Source: an uncultured Phycisphaerales bacterium (lineage in GTDB: Bacteria; Planctomycetota; Phycisphaerae; Sedimentisphaerales; Anaerobacaceae). Taken from it: DNA of 64,000 nt. Of this stretch, positions 37,597 through 48,488 are shown in pieces. The position numbers and the translations under genes are program-made. Positions within the stretch are counted from its first letter, which is position 1, and each line of letters begins with the position of its first letter. The notes under the pieces were generated by a model. That model worked only from the letters and a program-made list of their open reading frames with translations. It was not told the origin of the DNA and searched no databases. The stretch covers positions 1,261,231 to 1,325,230 of the forward strand of contig CAVYYI010000001.1 of NCBI GenBank assembly GCA_963772725.1. Reading direction: 5' to 3'.

Positions 37597-38442
37597 ATGA
37601 AGACTACAATTATTATGTTTATCAGTGTACTATTGGCAGTTCCATGCAAAGGAATTGAAACTCAGGCTGGCGGGCGGAAACCCGCCGATGAACAGCTCCA
37701 ATGGCAGGAAAAACGCTTGACAGACATAAATGATACTGTCCTGAGGCAGCGGCAGGAAATAGAAAATTCCTATGCTTATGGCCTGAGCGAAGTGAAAAAA
37801 GCGGCTTTGTTGCAGGCAAGAACGCTTAAACTGTTAGACAGGATGCTCTGGACAGAATTCCTGGGAATAAACAGCCAGGAGTATTTCTCATACACGGCCA
37901 GAACGTTCCTCGATGATGAGAGGGCATTTGAGTTGCGTATCGCGATGATAGACAGTTACTTTTTGGACGCAGCTGCGAATCTTTTAACGGATGATAATGC
38001 ACAAAAACAACTAAGAGAAATAGCAAACAGTAATGAGCAGAACTGTGTAATACGTGGAGAGGCACAGAAAATACTGAATATTATGGATGATTTGATTCTG
38101 CAGGAGACACAGCTTAGGTGTGTCAGGGACGCGAAACTGGGTGAGCTAAGCCGGTGGAAAAATGACGCAAGCGATGATGTAATAAAGGTGATAGGAGAAA
38201 TAAAGGCCATACCTGAAAAGGCTGAACCAGGGATGATAAACGCGATTATTTACAACGGCAGGAATTCGCTGTGTATGATTGAAGGAGTAGATGAAATAGT
38301 CAGACAAGGGGATACAATAAACAATGCCGCAATAAAAAATGTTAAGGTGAGTAATATAGACAGGTATAAAGTTGTGTTCCAGAAGAATGGCCTGAAATGG
38401 ACGCAGGTGATTGGTCAGACACCAAAGGCAGCGTGGAAGTGA
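37597..38442 (+). CDS. Exported hypothetical protein with C-terminal PilP/GspB-like beta domain
   Basis: Signal peptide; coiled coil; INAIIYN...VRQGDTI...VKVSNIDRYKVVFQK. Confidence 0.55.
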   Translation: MKTTIIMFISVLLAVPCKGIETQAGGRKPADEQLQWQEKRLTDINDTVLRQRQEIENSYAYGLSEVKKAALLQARTLKLLDRMLWTEFLGINSQEYFSYTARTFLDDERAFELRIAMIDSYFLDAAANLLTDDNAQKQLREIANSNEQNCVIRGEAQKILNIMDDLILQETQLRCVRDAKLGELSRWKNDASDDVIKVIGEIKAIPEKAEPGMINAIIYNGRNSLCMIEGVDEIVRQGDTINNAAIKNVKVSNIDRYKVVFQKNGLKWTQVIGQTPKAAWK

Positions 38443-38445
38443 TGC

Positions 38446-38757
38446 TTACTGTTTAATAATCTTCGATTTGAGATAGCATTTTATCCATTTCCAGTGCAGA
38501 ATAATATGTATAAGCATCAGAATAAGAAATGAAATGGCAACATAAAAATGGATATCGCTCCATTGATGTCTTGTCTGAGAGAAGAATTCCTTTATTTGCT
38601 GGTGGTCGCCGCCAGTTCCGCCTCTAAACTGTCTGCCTTGGCCGCCACCTGAACCGTGCGGCATAATATACATCATCACATAACCGGTAAAGGCCAGACA
38701 AAGCAGATTAATAAAACCAAGCAAATCAACAACAAAATTAAGCGAAGGTCGTTTCAT
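38446..38757 (-). CDS. DUF4405-like membrane protein
   Basis: FTGYVM, RHQWSDIH, IHIILHWKWI. Confidence 0.75.
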   Translation of the reverse strand: MKRPSLNFVVDLLGFINLLCLAFTGYVMMYIMPHGSGGGQGRQFRGGTGGDHQQIKEFFSQTRHQWSDIHFYVAISFLILMLIHIILHWKWIKCYLKSKIIKQ

Positions 38758-38847
38758 TTACATATCTCCATAATTATATATTTACTCTCGAATATACTCT
38801 TTATGTCTGTTGAGCCGCGATACCGAGTTTCGTTGTTCCAAGATGTT

Positions 38848-39816
38848 TCATTTTTTCAGATGTTTGTCGAAAAATGCCTGTACTACCGAGGCGGCATTAT
38901 CATCCATGAACGCCGGCCCGCCGTGGCCTGCACCCTGGATAATTTTCAAGTCTGCCTGTGCATTGGCTTTTTTGAGGGCATTATAAAGCGATTCACTTTG
39001 GCTCACGTCAACCAACTTATCCTCAGTTCCGTGGACTATTAAAAACGGCACGGAATTTTTAGTTACGTAAGTAATCGGGCTAGCTTTTACAGCTTTATCA
39101 CGGTTTTTAATTACAGTCTCGCCAAGAAGTTTCGAAACACTCGCATTAGGGTCAGCCAAATCATGTTCGCGAATTCGTGTTAAATCCGCAGGCCCATAGT
39201 AATCGCATACTGCCTGAACATTGCTGGACTGGTTCAGGTTGCCACCGGTAGTTCCTTCAAGTAATTTGTTACCGTTAGTCGTGCCCAACATTGCCACAAG
39301 GTGTCCGCCGGCAGATTCTCCCCAAACCCCAAAATGTGAAGCATCAAGTTTGTATTTTTTGGCGTTCGCACGGAGAAACCGGATTGCACCTTTGCAGTCA
39401 TAAATCTGCGCAGGAAACTTCGCTTTGTCGCTCAGGCGATATTCGATGCTCGCTACCGCGTAGCCTTTTTCATAGAATTTTGTCCGTATGGGTTTGGGAT
39501 TTTCCTTGCTGCCATATGCCCAGGCACCGCCATGAATCCAAATTATCAGGGGCAAAGGTTTTTCGCTTTTTGGAATATAAAGGTTGAGCAAAAGCGGCGA
39601 ACCATCGACGCTGGCATATTCTATATTTTTATAGACCTTGACATCAGAGGGAATCTGTATCGGTGCAGGGGTATTTTTTACCTGGGTATTCTGTGCCGGG
39701 GTATTTTGACCTGCCATCGCAGAGGCGGAAAGCAATGTTGTCCCAATAAAACTTGCAAGCATTAGAACATAAACATAAATTTTCATAAGCATTTCTCCTA
39801 CATAAAGATTTAACAT
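38848..39816 (-). CDS. Secreted alpha/beta hydrolase (esterase); start may be 39786
   Basis: IHGGAW, GESAGGH, HGTEDKLV, GAGHG. Confidence 0.9.
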   Translation of the reverse strand: MLNLYVGEMLMKIYVYVLMLASFIGTTLLSASAMAGQNTPAQNTQVKNTPAPIQIPSDVKVYKNIEYASVDGSPLLLNLYIPKSEKPLPLIIWIHGGAWAYGSKENPKPIRTKFYEKGYAVASIEYRLSDKAKFPAQIYDCKGAIRFLRANAKKYKLDASHFGVWGESAGGHLVAMLGTTNGNKLLEGTTGGNLNQSSNVQAVCDYYGPADLTRIREHDLADPNASVSKLLGETVIKNRDKAVKASPITYVTKNSVPFLIVHGTEDKLVDVSQSESLYNALKKANAQADLKIIQGAGHGGPAFMDDNAASVVQAFFDKHLKK

Positions 39817-40008
39817 ATCAAACTGGCAAATGCCGCCATCTGCAAGAGTAAGAATATCATAGATTATGAAAGGAGCAACAACAATTTGGCAGGTATTTCA
39901 AATTTATACCTGTTAAACGCAACGGAAAACCTTGCATTTTTCTGGAAAAAGTTGAATCAATAAGATATAAGTACACACCTGTTATTTAAAGAAAGATTAA
40001 GGTTGTTC

Positions 40009-41295
40009 ATGTTTGATAAAAATGATTTTGATGCCGGTACGGCCGAACAGCGCCGCAGTATGAAATACGCGATTCTCGCAGCTGTTGGTGGAACGATGGG
40101 GGAATTTTGCCTTGGAGGCGGCGGTTTTTTCGGAGGGCAAATAATAGCTCTGTTGGCTTTGAAATTCGGGGCAGGTAATTTATTCCTCGGCATTTTGGGG
40201 TTTTCGCTGATTATACCAAGTATCTGCGGCATTTTCACAATGTCAGCGATTGAGCGAGTGGGCAAGAAAAAAGTGCTTCTTTACTGGGCTACTGCCGCGG
40301 CTATTTTTATTTTTCCATTTATGTTTCTGCCGTTACTCAACGGCTATTGGTCTGCTTCGGCGTGTCTTGCATTAATTCTTGCTGCCACATTCCTGCGCAA
40401 CGCCTGCAACGCTCTGAGCGGAAGCGGGTGGATGACGCTTTTGCATGACATTGTTCCGCCTAAGATAACGGGAAGATTTTTCGCAAAATTAAATCTTTCG
40501 TGGCAATCGTCTGGACTTATTGTGATGTTAGGCTCGGCGTGGCTATTCAGAAATAATTCTGAATGGTGGAGATTCGAGACGATATTTGCTGTCGCCTTGG
40601 CAGCTTACATCTTCAGGACAGTTACAATTATCCCGATAGTCGAAAAACCTTTTAAGCCACACGATGCAAAAGGTTCGGTCATATTCGCAAGGTTTTCGGA
40701 GGCAATGCGCGAAAAGCCAGTCGTGCTTCTGATAGCTTATGTTACTGTATATATGACCGCATCTTTGATTTCCGAACCATTTAAAATAAAGATGCTTAAT
40801 GATTTCGGGTGTAGCTATGGGTTTATACTGGCAGCGACGTCAATGATTTCACTGGGGGCAATTTTATCTCTGCTTTTCTGGGGTAAACTCGCGGACAAAT
40901 TCGGGAACCGCGCGATTTTTACGTTATCCAATGCGGCGGGGCTTATTCTCAGTTTACTGTGGATTCTGGTCAGTGAAAATAATGTTCACGGCGTTTTTAT
41001 TTTTGGGCTGTACTTTTTGTGGAGTGTTTTCAATAACGGCAATATGCTGGCTCAATCGAGGTATATCATGCATCTGGTGCCACCAGACAAACAAAATTAT
41101 ATTAATATAATCAATATAATTACACGCCTTTCGATGGCTTTTGCGCCATTATTGGGCGGATTATTTCTTTATGTGATTGAACGTCTCAATTTAGTTGCAC
41201 ATCAAAACGGGCATGTTACGGGGTATCGGATACTATTTCTGATTTCAGCGTTTATTTTTCTTTGCGCCAGTGGATTCGTAAAAAAATGCCTTTAG
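40009..41295 (+). CDS. MFS transporter
   Basis: About 12 hydrophobic helices; WGKLADKFGNR motif. Confidence 0.85.
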   Translation: MFDKNDFDAGTAEQRRSMKYAILAAVGGTMGEFCLGGGGFFGGQIIALLALKFGAGNLFLGILGFSLIIPSICGIFTMSAIERVGKKKVLLYWATAAAIFIFPFMFLPLLNGYWSASACLALILAATFLRNACNALSGSGWMTLLHDIVPPKITGRFFAKLNLSWQSSGLIVMLGSAWLFRNNSEWWRFETIFAVALAAYIFRTVTIIPIVEKPFKPHDAKGSVIFARFSEAMREKPVVLLIAYVTVYMTASLISEPFKIKMLNDFGCSYGFILAATSMISLGAILSLLFWGKLADKFGNRAIFTLSNAAGLILSLLWILVSENNVHGVFIFGLYFLWSVFNNGNMLAQSRYIMHLVPPDKQNYINIINIITRLSMAFAPLLGGLFLYVIERLNLVAHQNGHVTGYRILFLISAFIFLCASGFVKKCL

Positions 41296-41560
41296 CTCAA
41301 GACGTCTCTACCAGAAAAGTCATCGCTTCGATTGTCCGGCCCGTTATTAATATGGCAGGGCCATTTGTACGATTCAGCGACAAAAATAACCGGCTAAAAT
41401 AAGGTGGTGAAAAATATTATCCTTACACCAAAATATCGCTGTCAATCTGGCTCAGTTTTGAGTATTAATTTTGCGCATTAAGTCTTGACGACTTAATGAT
41501 GATTTTGGTATTATGGAATTTTTTAATATTAAAAAGAAATTTGCATAGAGTGAGAATAAG

Positions 41561-42118
41561 ATGAAAGCAAGTGATTTAAGGCCTGGGATGGCTGTTACGA
41601 TGGACGGGAAATTGTATGTTTGCGCACAGTCAACACATGTTACTCCTGGCAATCTTAGGGCGTTTGTGCAGGCAAAATTGAGATGCATCGCTGACGGCAC
41701 AATTATCGATAAACGTCTGCGTGCCACTGAAGATGTTGACCAGGCGTATCTTGACCGTCGCGAGATGGAGTATCTTTATTCTGATAGTACGGGGCATGTC
41801 CTTATGGACAATCAAACATACGACCAGATCACTGTTCCAAAAGACCTCGTCGGTGACTCGATAAAATTTCTCAAGCCTAATACTTATCTTGTCGCGCTTT
41901 TGCATAAAGAAAACGTAGTAGCCTTCGAATTGCCAAAAGTAGTAGAACTGGCCATTACCGAGACCACACCGGTTACAAAAGGCGCAACCGTTACCAATCA
42001 GATGAAAGAGGCTGTTTTGGAAACCGGACTGCGAACACGCGTTCCGCCGTTTATTACTGTCGGAGAAATTGTCCGTATCAGCACGGAAGACGGTTCATAC
42101 TTAGCACGTGCAAAATAA
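41561..42118 (+). CDS. efp: Elongation factor P
   Basis: HVTPGNLRAFVQ, MEYLY, LETGLRTRVPPFI. Confidence 0.95.
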   Translation: MKASDLRPGMAVTMDGKLYVCAQSTHVTPGNLRAFVQAKLRCIADGTIIDKRLRATEDVDQAYLDRREMEYLYSDSTGHVLMDNQTYDQITVPKDLVGDSIKFLKPNTYLVALLHKENVVAFELPKVVELAITETTPVTKGATVTNQMKEAVLETGLRTRVPPFITVGEIVRISTEDGSYLARAK

Positions 42119-42141
42119 TAAAGGTGCAAATTCAACCGTTA

Positions 42142-43017
42142 TCAGTGAATGACTTTATTGAGCGGATAAGTGATAATTCCTGAGGCCCCTGCCCGTTTCA
42201 GGGCAGGCACCAAAGAACGCTCAACATTATCTTCCACTATCACTTCAACCGCTATATAATTCGAATCCGCCAAACTTGAAATTGTCGGACTCTTTTCCGC
42301 GGGCAAAACCTGCAATATTGAATCGAGGTCAGCCTTCTTCACGTTCATTTTGAGTCCTACCTTGCTTCCCGCAGCTATCGCCGCGTTAAGCAGAATACTG
42401 ATGTTTTCTATCTTTTCGCGTTTGAACTTATCCTGTAATGATTTTTTATTGGCAATAAACCTGGTCGTTGACGTTATAACAGTATCCACAACACGCAGAT
42501 TATTCGCCTTGAGCGAAGTGCCTGTTTCAGTCAGCTCAACTATGGCATTAACAAGTCTTGCCTTAACCTCTGTTGCGCCCCAGCTGAATTCAATTTTCAC
42601 ATCAATATTTTTATCCGCGAAATATTTTTTTGTAACATTCACAAGCTCGGTCGCGATTATACCGCCCTGTAAATCCTCAGGGCGTTTTATCGCGGATTCC
42701 TCCGGGACAGCCAGCACCCATTTAGCGGGGTTGTTTGTCGCCTTGCTGTATTGCAGCTCGCTGACCTCCACAACATCGGAATTATTTTCTTTTATCCAGT
42801 CATAACCTGTAATACCGGCATCCAAAACAGCATCTTCGACATATCTGCTCATTTCCTGGGCGCGAAGCATTATCAACTGAATCTGGCCATCATCTATGCT
42901 CGGAAAATAATTGCGTTTGGAATCGAAAATATGGAAGCCTGCCTTGTTGAACAACTCAATTGTTGCCTTTTCGAGACTGCCTGCAGGAATTCCAAATTTT
43001 ATAATCTGTTCTGGCAT
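42142..43017 (-). CDS. hisG: ATP phosphoribosyltransferase, long form
   Basis: GIPAGSL, RAQEM, FSWGATE, ETGTSLKANNL, SPTIS. Confidence 0.95.
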   Translation of the reverse strand: MPEQIIKFGIPAGSLEKATIELFNKAGFHIFDSKRNYFPSIDDGQIQLIMLRAQEMSRYVEDAVLDAGITGYDWIKENNSDVVEVSELQYSKATNNPAKWVLAVPEESAIKRPEDLQGGIIATELVNVTKKYFADKNIDVKIEFSWGATEVKARLVNAIVELTETGTSLKANNLRVVDTVITSTTRFIANKKSLQDKFKREKIENISILLNAAIAAGSKVGLKMNVKKADLDSILQVLPAEKSPTISSLADSNYIAVEVIVEDNVERSLVPALKRAGASGIITYPLNKVIH

Positions 43018-43024
43018 TGAATAC

Positions 43025-43693
43025 TCATCCTTTCTTTTTAACGGTCTTTTGACCTGCCGTTTTAGTCTTCTTAGCGGCAACTTTGACTTTGGCCAATTCG
43101 CTCTGGCTTCGTAACAAAACGTAAAACTCGTAGGCTTTTTGAGCAGAAATCTGCCGCGTTAAAAATCCTTCTATCTCTTCCTCATTAGCCTCGGGATGAA
43201 CAATTTCATTTTTTTTCAGATATTCGAGCATTTTTTTTGTAAGCGGTATCGCGTGTCCGCCGAGCGACGTGAGCATACAGTAATCCGCAACAAATTTGCT
43301 GCCTCCGACAATATCCTCAACAATTTTCCTGGCTGGTCGTTTCCCGAGTTTTTTCAGCGATTCCAAACTGATACGATTGTGCTTTTCAAATATGTCCCCT
43401 AACAGCTTTTTAAGTGTCGCGGCTGTTTCGCCAGCAGTGGGATTATCCTTGCCAAGCATATCAACTATGTCTTCCGCGGATGATACCCGAAGGTCATTAA
43501 GATCAACAAAGTTTTCTTCAAGTTTTTTGGCGGCAATTTCATAATCTGCCAATGACATATTCTCGCTGATTATTCCGTGAACTATCGCCTTAACGGGGTC
43601 GTCATATTTCACCACGGAAGGTTTCGGATAAGTGTTCTTTAGCTGACTATAAAGTTTTTTCAATTTGTTAGAATACTCTTTGCTGTCTTTCAT
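43025..43693 (-). CDS. HhH-GPD/endonuclease III-like protein lacking Fe-S cysteines
   Basis: DDPVKAIVHGII, FVDLNDLRVS, degenerate HhH region, Lys-rich tail. Confidence 0.6.
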   Translation of the reverse strand: MKDSKEYSNKLKKLYSQLKNTYPKPSVVKYDDPVKAIVHGIISENMSLADYEIAAKKLEENFVDLNDLRVSSAEDIVDMLGKDNPTAGETAATLKKLLGDIFEKHNRISLESLKKLGKRPARKIVEDIVGGSKFVADYCMLTSLGGHAIPLTKKMLEYLKKNEIVHPEANEEEIEGFLTRQISAQKAYEFYVLLRSQSELAKVKVAAKKTKTAGQKTVKKKG

Positions 43694-43740
43694 AAGCGGC
43701 AAAGCCTTTTAATTAAGTTGTTTATTTTTCTGTTTCCTGT

Positions 43741-44127
43741 TTATTGTTTATTGTTTATGTCCGCATCTTTATCTTTAATTTCGCCTGCTGCCTGTTCTAT
43801 TATTCGCAAGGTTTCCAGCGTTTTCTTAAACTTCTCATCTTTATGAAAACGCAGCACCGGACAATATCTGCTTTGTAAACTGCTCCCGAGCAGAGATTGA
43901 ATTCTGCTCCTGGCATGAGATATTGCAACAAATGTTTTTTCCTGCATCACCTCATCGCCGCCGAAAATACTCATATAGACATCGGCAATTTTCAAATCCG
44001 GAGTCATTTCGACTCTCGTAATACTCACAAAACCCTCAATGCGAGGGTCACTGAGGTGCCTGGTAACAGCCTCACTGACGACCTGTCTGATAATACTGCT
44101 GAATTTTTCCTGACGCCTGGACTGCAT
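43741..44127 (-). CDS. rbfA: Ribosome-binding factor A
   Basis: DPRIEGFVSITRVEMTPDLKIADVY, RYCPVLRFHKD. Confidence 0.95.
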   Translation of the reverse strand: MQSRRQEKFSSIIRQVVSEAVTRHLSDPRIEGFVSITRVEMTPDLKIADVYMSIFGGDEVMQEKTFVAISHARSRIQSLLGSSLQSRYCPVLRFHKDEKFKKTLETLRIIEQAAGEIKDKDADINNKQ

Positions 44128-44154
44128 AAATATTATTCTTTATCCCTTATAAAA

Positions 44155-46755
44155 TTAAAGCGTCCTTGCCACTTCAATAATTTCGACAAAATCAAAAATA
44201 TCGCCAACCTTAATGTCATCAAAGTTTGCAATTTTGATTCCGCATTCCAATCCGGCCTTAACCTCACGGGCATCGTCCTTGAAGTGTTTCAATGTTTCTA
44301 TACTCAAATCATCTGCGCACCACAATATTGTCGCGAATGAGACGAATGTTCGCTTTTTTCTTCGCCACTCCGTCATTAACATGGCAGCCGGCGATTGTTC
44401 CGACTTTTGAAATCTTAAATGTTTCTCTTACTGACGCCCTTCCGATAACCTTCTCCTGCTGTTCCGGTTCAAGAAGCCCAACCATAGACTTCTTAAGATC
44501 CTCAGTTATTCGGTAAATGATGGTATAGAGTCTTATATCCACGCCTTTCGCCTCGGCTATTTTTGCCACATGTTCTTCGGTAACAACATTGAATCCGATG
44601 ATGATAGCGTTAGATGCCTCCGCAAGGACAACGTCGCCTTCGCTTATGCCGCCGGGTGCGGCGTGCAGAATCTTAATCTTGACTTCGTCTGTACTAAGCT
44701 CCGAAAGATATTTTATTAAAACATCGACCGAACCCTGGACGTCAGCGCGAATTATCAAATTTAATTCTTTGACCTTGCCAGCCTCAATCTGGCTGAATAG
44801 ATTGTCGAGGGTAACCTGAGTGCGTTTTGCCAAAGCGACCTCGCGGGACAAGACCTGATTTTCTTCGGCGGCGGCTTTGGCTTTGTTAATATCGTCGAGA
44901 CAATAAAATTTGTCGCCTGCCTGCGGAACTTCGCTTAAACCCGTTATTTCCACAGGCATTGAACTTGTCGCGGCTTTGATGCTCTTTCCGAAACTGTTTT
45001 TCATTGATTTTACTCTGCCGTATGACCGTCCAGCCAGAATAACATCGCCTTTGTTCAGTTGTCCCTCTTTAACGAGGAGCGTTGCGGTTACTCCCTGCTG
45101 CGAGGACATCTTAGCCTCGACAACCCATCCCGTTGCGGGAATTGTATCATCGGCACGCAGTTCAAGCAGTTCCGCAACATAATCGAGGTGTTCGAGCAAA
45201 TCGTCAATTCCGACGCCTGTAACCGCGCTGGTTTTTACAACTTCGGTAGTTCCTCCCCACTCAGCGGGAGCCAAATTATGTTCAGATAATTGGGAATAAA
45301 CGCGATTAATATCGCAGCCTGGCAAATCTGATTTTATTCAGCGCAACAATAACCGGAACATTGGCCGCTTTGGCGTGGTTTATAACTTCAACAGTTTGCG
45401 GCATGACGCCGTCGTCGGCGGCAACTACGAGGACGACGACATCTGTCATATTAGCGCCGCGAGCTCTGCATGGCGGTAAATGCTGCGTGGCCCGGGGTGT
45501 CGAGGAATGTAACCTTGTGATTATCTCTTACAACCTGATATGCGCCAATGTGTTGTGTTATACCGCCGGCCTCTCCGGCGGCTACCTGTGTGGAGCGGAT
45601 TCTGTCCAAAAGACTGGTCTTGCCGTGGTCAACGTGGCCGAGGACAGTAGCGATAACGGAACGTTTCTTGAGACTCAACCTTTGGCGTTTTTCAAACTCT
45701 TCTTTTATCTGCTCCTCGAGTGTTTTTTTACGTTCGACGATTAATTCTACGCCAAATTCAATGGCGACAAGTTCGGCGACTTCGGTGCTTATAGCCTGAT
45801 TTGCGGTCACCATTACACCCTGCTTCATCAAAGAGTAGATAATATCAGATGATTTAACACCCATGGCGGCGGACAAATTTTTAACGATAATCGGCTCACT
45901 GACAAGTGCTTTTTCGGGTTTAACCACAGGAGCGACTTCAGCCGGCTGGGATGTGGAAATCTTTCGTACAGGTCTTAATCGAGTTCCTGTTCTACCAGCG
46001 GCATTTAACCTGGCTTGTCTTTCCTCCATGTCTCTTTGGCGGCGATGGCTAACAAACTTGGCCTTTCTTTCCGCATCAAAATCGGGTCCCTCTTTTCTGC
46101 GGCCAGAGGTCTTTTCTTTGTGCCTGCCAGCAACTTTTTTATCTTTGACCGCCGGGCCACCAGTCAAAACATCTTCAGATTCATCATACATCAGAGGTTC
46201 GGTGGGCAGCATGTTGGTTTTATTTCTATACTTTGGTCTTGGCGCCAAGCGATGTTCCGGTTCCGGCGCCTCAACACGAACAATCTGCGGACCGCTAAGT
46301 TTCGCGGGTTCAGGTTTTTCAAGCATAGGCCCTGCGGGAACAATATGTTCAGGCTCAGGGATTATTTCTTTGACTGTCGGAAGAGGCTCAGAAGTCTGCG
46401 CAGCGGGGATAGGCATTTCTTCGGCGACAGGCGTTCCGCTTAAAGCTGGCGGATTGGTCACAACTTCAGGGACAATTTCACCCTTCTGGTCTTGCACTTG
46501 AGTGGGTTGCTCGGCCTGCTCTTCTGTTTTTTTCTTTCTGACACGAACTTTTTTCAAATCGACTTTTTCAGTTGTTTCGACGGCGGAAACATTTAACCCT
46601 TCGCTGAACCATTCGCGAATGGTAGCGGCCAGTCCCGCAGAAATTACCGCCATGTGGTTTTTAATGTCCAGACCCTCATCCTGACATTTTTTTACAATGT
46701 CGCCGCTGTTAACCCCAAGTTCCTTAGCCAAAATATATATTCTTGTGGTAGCCAA
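44155..46755 (-). CDS. infB: Translation initiation factor IF-2, frameshifted (TTG start)
   Basis: [39 protein letters not shown]. Confidence 0.96.
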
Positions 46756-46809
46756 AATATCTCCACTTCTTAAAAGGCGTAAGAATTTTCGCCTTCAAAA
46801 AACCTGCAA

Positions 46810-48024
46810 TTATTCGTTACTTTTCCCTTCTACCTGGTTTTTGAGTATGGTTTCAGCCGTTTTGGCGCGCCTCGGCGGCAAGTTTTTTAGCTTCCAGAGA
46901 GGCTGCCCAACTACCGCCTGCGCGACCTGTGGCGAAATACCAAGCTCTTTAATCAGCGGCTCAGTTCCGACATCTTCCATATCCAGAACGGAAATAATAC
47001 CAATGGCAATGAGCTTATCGACCAAGGTATCGTCAGCATCTTTTACGCTCTTAACGCAGTTAGTCAGCCGTTCGACACCCTGGTTGTACTCTTCCGGAGT
47101 GAGGATGTCTATGTCCCAGCCTGTGAGCCTGGCGGCAAGGCGAACGTTTTGGCCGTGCTTACCTATGGCAAGGCTGAGCTGGTCGTGCGAAACCACAACC
47201 GTGGCTCGCGATAATTCGAAGCATAAAGCAATCTCGCTGACCTTTGCGGGCATCAATGCGTTAGAAATCAGAACCTGCGACGATTCGTCCCATCGTACAA
47301 TATCTATTTTTTCGCCGCCAAGTTCGTCAACGATATTTTTAATCCTGCTGCCCCTGACGCCGACACATGCACCCACAGGGTCAACTTTATTATCGAGCGT
47401 GGCAACAGCGACTTTTGTTCGATAACCCGCCTCTCTGGCCAGCGCCCGAATTTCAACAACATTTTCAGCGATTTCTGGCACTTCCAGTTCAAACAATTTA
47501 CGAATAAACTCCGGGTGGGTTCGGGACAGGAAAATTTTGACCTGGCTGGATTCCTCTTTTACTTCGATGATAAGACAGCGAATCCTCTCCCCTGGCCTGT
47601 GAGTCTGGCCCATAATCTGCTCAGATTTCGGCATAAAACCTTCCGCGCAATGATTGAGTCCTACAATCAGAGTACCGCTCTCGTAACGTACAACCGAACC
47701 TGTAACAATCTCACCTTTTCGCTGGACAAATTCGGAATAGATGCTTGTGCGTTCGTCGGCTCTTATTTTTTGAATCATAACCTGCTTAGCGGTTTGGGCA
47801 GGAATGCGTCCGAGACGTTTTATATCAATCTGGGCATCGTCCTTGAAAGCGGTCAACTCGCCGGTATTTCGGTCGATGTGTACCACTATTTTGCTCTCCG
47901 GCTCAGCGAAGTGCTTCCTCGCCGCCGAGACCATCGCTTCTTCCAAGTCAACGAAAATGGATTCCTTATCGATGTTCTTGTCCCTTGCGATATTATCGAC
48001 AATTCTAATCAATTCAGCATTCAT
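46810..48024 (-). CDS. nusA: Transcription factor NusA
   Basis: GRIPAQTAKQV, SRTHPEF, DPVGACVGVRGSR, AIGKHGQNVRLA. Confidence 0.97.
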   Translation of the reverse strand: MNAELIRIVDNIARDKNIDKESIFVDLEEAMVSAARKHFAEPESKIVVHIDRNTGELTAFKDDAQIDIKRLGRIPAQTAKQVMIQKIRADERTSIYSEFVQRKGEIVTGSVVRYESGTLIVGLNHCAEGFMPKSEQIMGQTHRPGERIRCLIIEVKEESSQVKIFLSRTHPEFIRKLFELEVPEIAENVVEIRALAREAGYRTKVAVATLDNKVDPVGACVGVRGSRIKNIVDELGGEKIDIVRWDESSQVLISNALMPAKVSEIALCFELSRATVVVSHDQLSLAIGKHGQNVRLAARLTGWDIDILTPEEYNQGVERLTNCVKSVKDADDTLVDKLIAIGIISVLDMEDVGTEPLIKELGISPQVAQAVVGQPLWKLKNLPPRRAKTAETILKNQVEGKSNE

Positions 48025-48050
48025 CGTGTTTTTTTCTTCCTTAAAAAACC

Positions 48051-48084
48051 AAAAAAAAATGGAAACCATCGCCTGTTTCCACTT
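48051..48084 (-). promoter_or_regulatory. Terminator-like hairpin in the nusA leader
   Basis: AAGTGGAAAC-AGGCGATG-GTTTCCATTTTTTTTT just upstream of the nusA RBS. Confidence 0.65.
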
Positions 48085-48488
48085 CGCACCCGAAAAGCAG
48101 TTCCCGGCAGGCCGGGATAGTCTTTTTTTATACCACTATACCAGCCGCCTCCTTATAACTATTCCGCCAAAGGCGGATTTTCCGATACTGAAGCGGAAAC
48201 ATCATCTCTGCGGCCACCATTCGCGAGAAAAATCGTCGCGGCAAGTAAACTATTACTTTACTTCGCACGGTCAGCTCGTCCTGTTAACACCATTCCAAAT
48301 ACCTCTAAACTTAACTTTTGGCAGCCTTGTTATTCTTCATTAACTTTACAAAACCGTAATTATAGCTCAAACCTTACCATTGTCAACGATAATAACCTTT
48401 TTATAAAATTTCTTGAATTTGAACAAAATACCGCATTCCCGCATAAAAAACGCGTAAACTCGACTGTAAATCCATGCATGGAAAATGC

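Noticed and set aside
46697..47425. Long antisense ORFs (also 45863-46501, 49075-49881, 58439-59323)
   Set aside because: They are shadows of well-supported genes on the opposite strand and show no recognisable motifs
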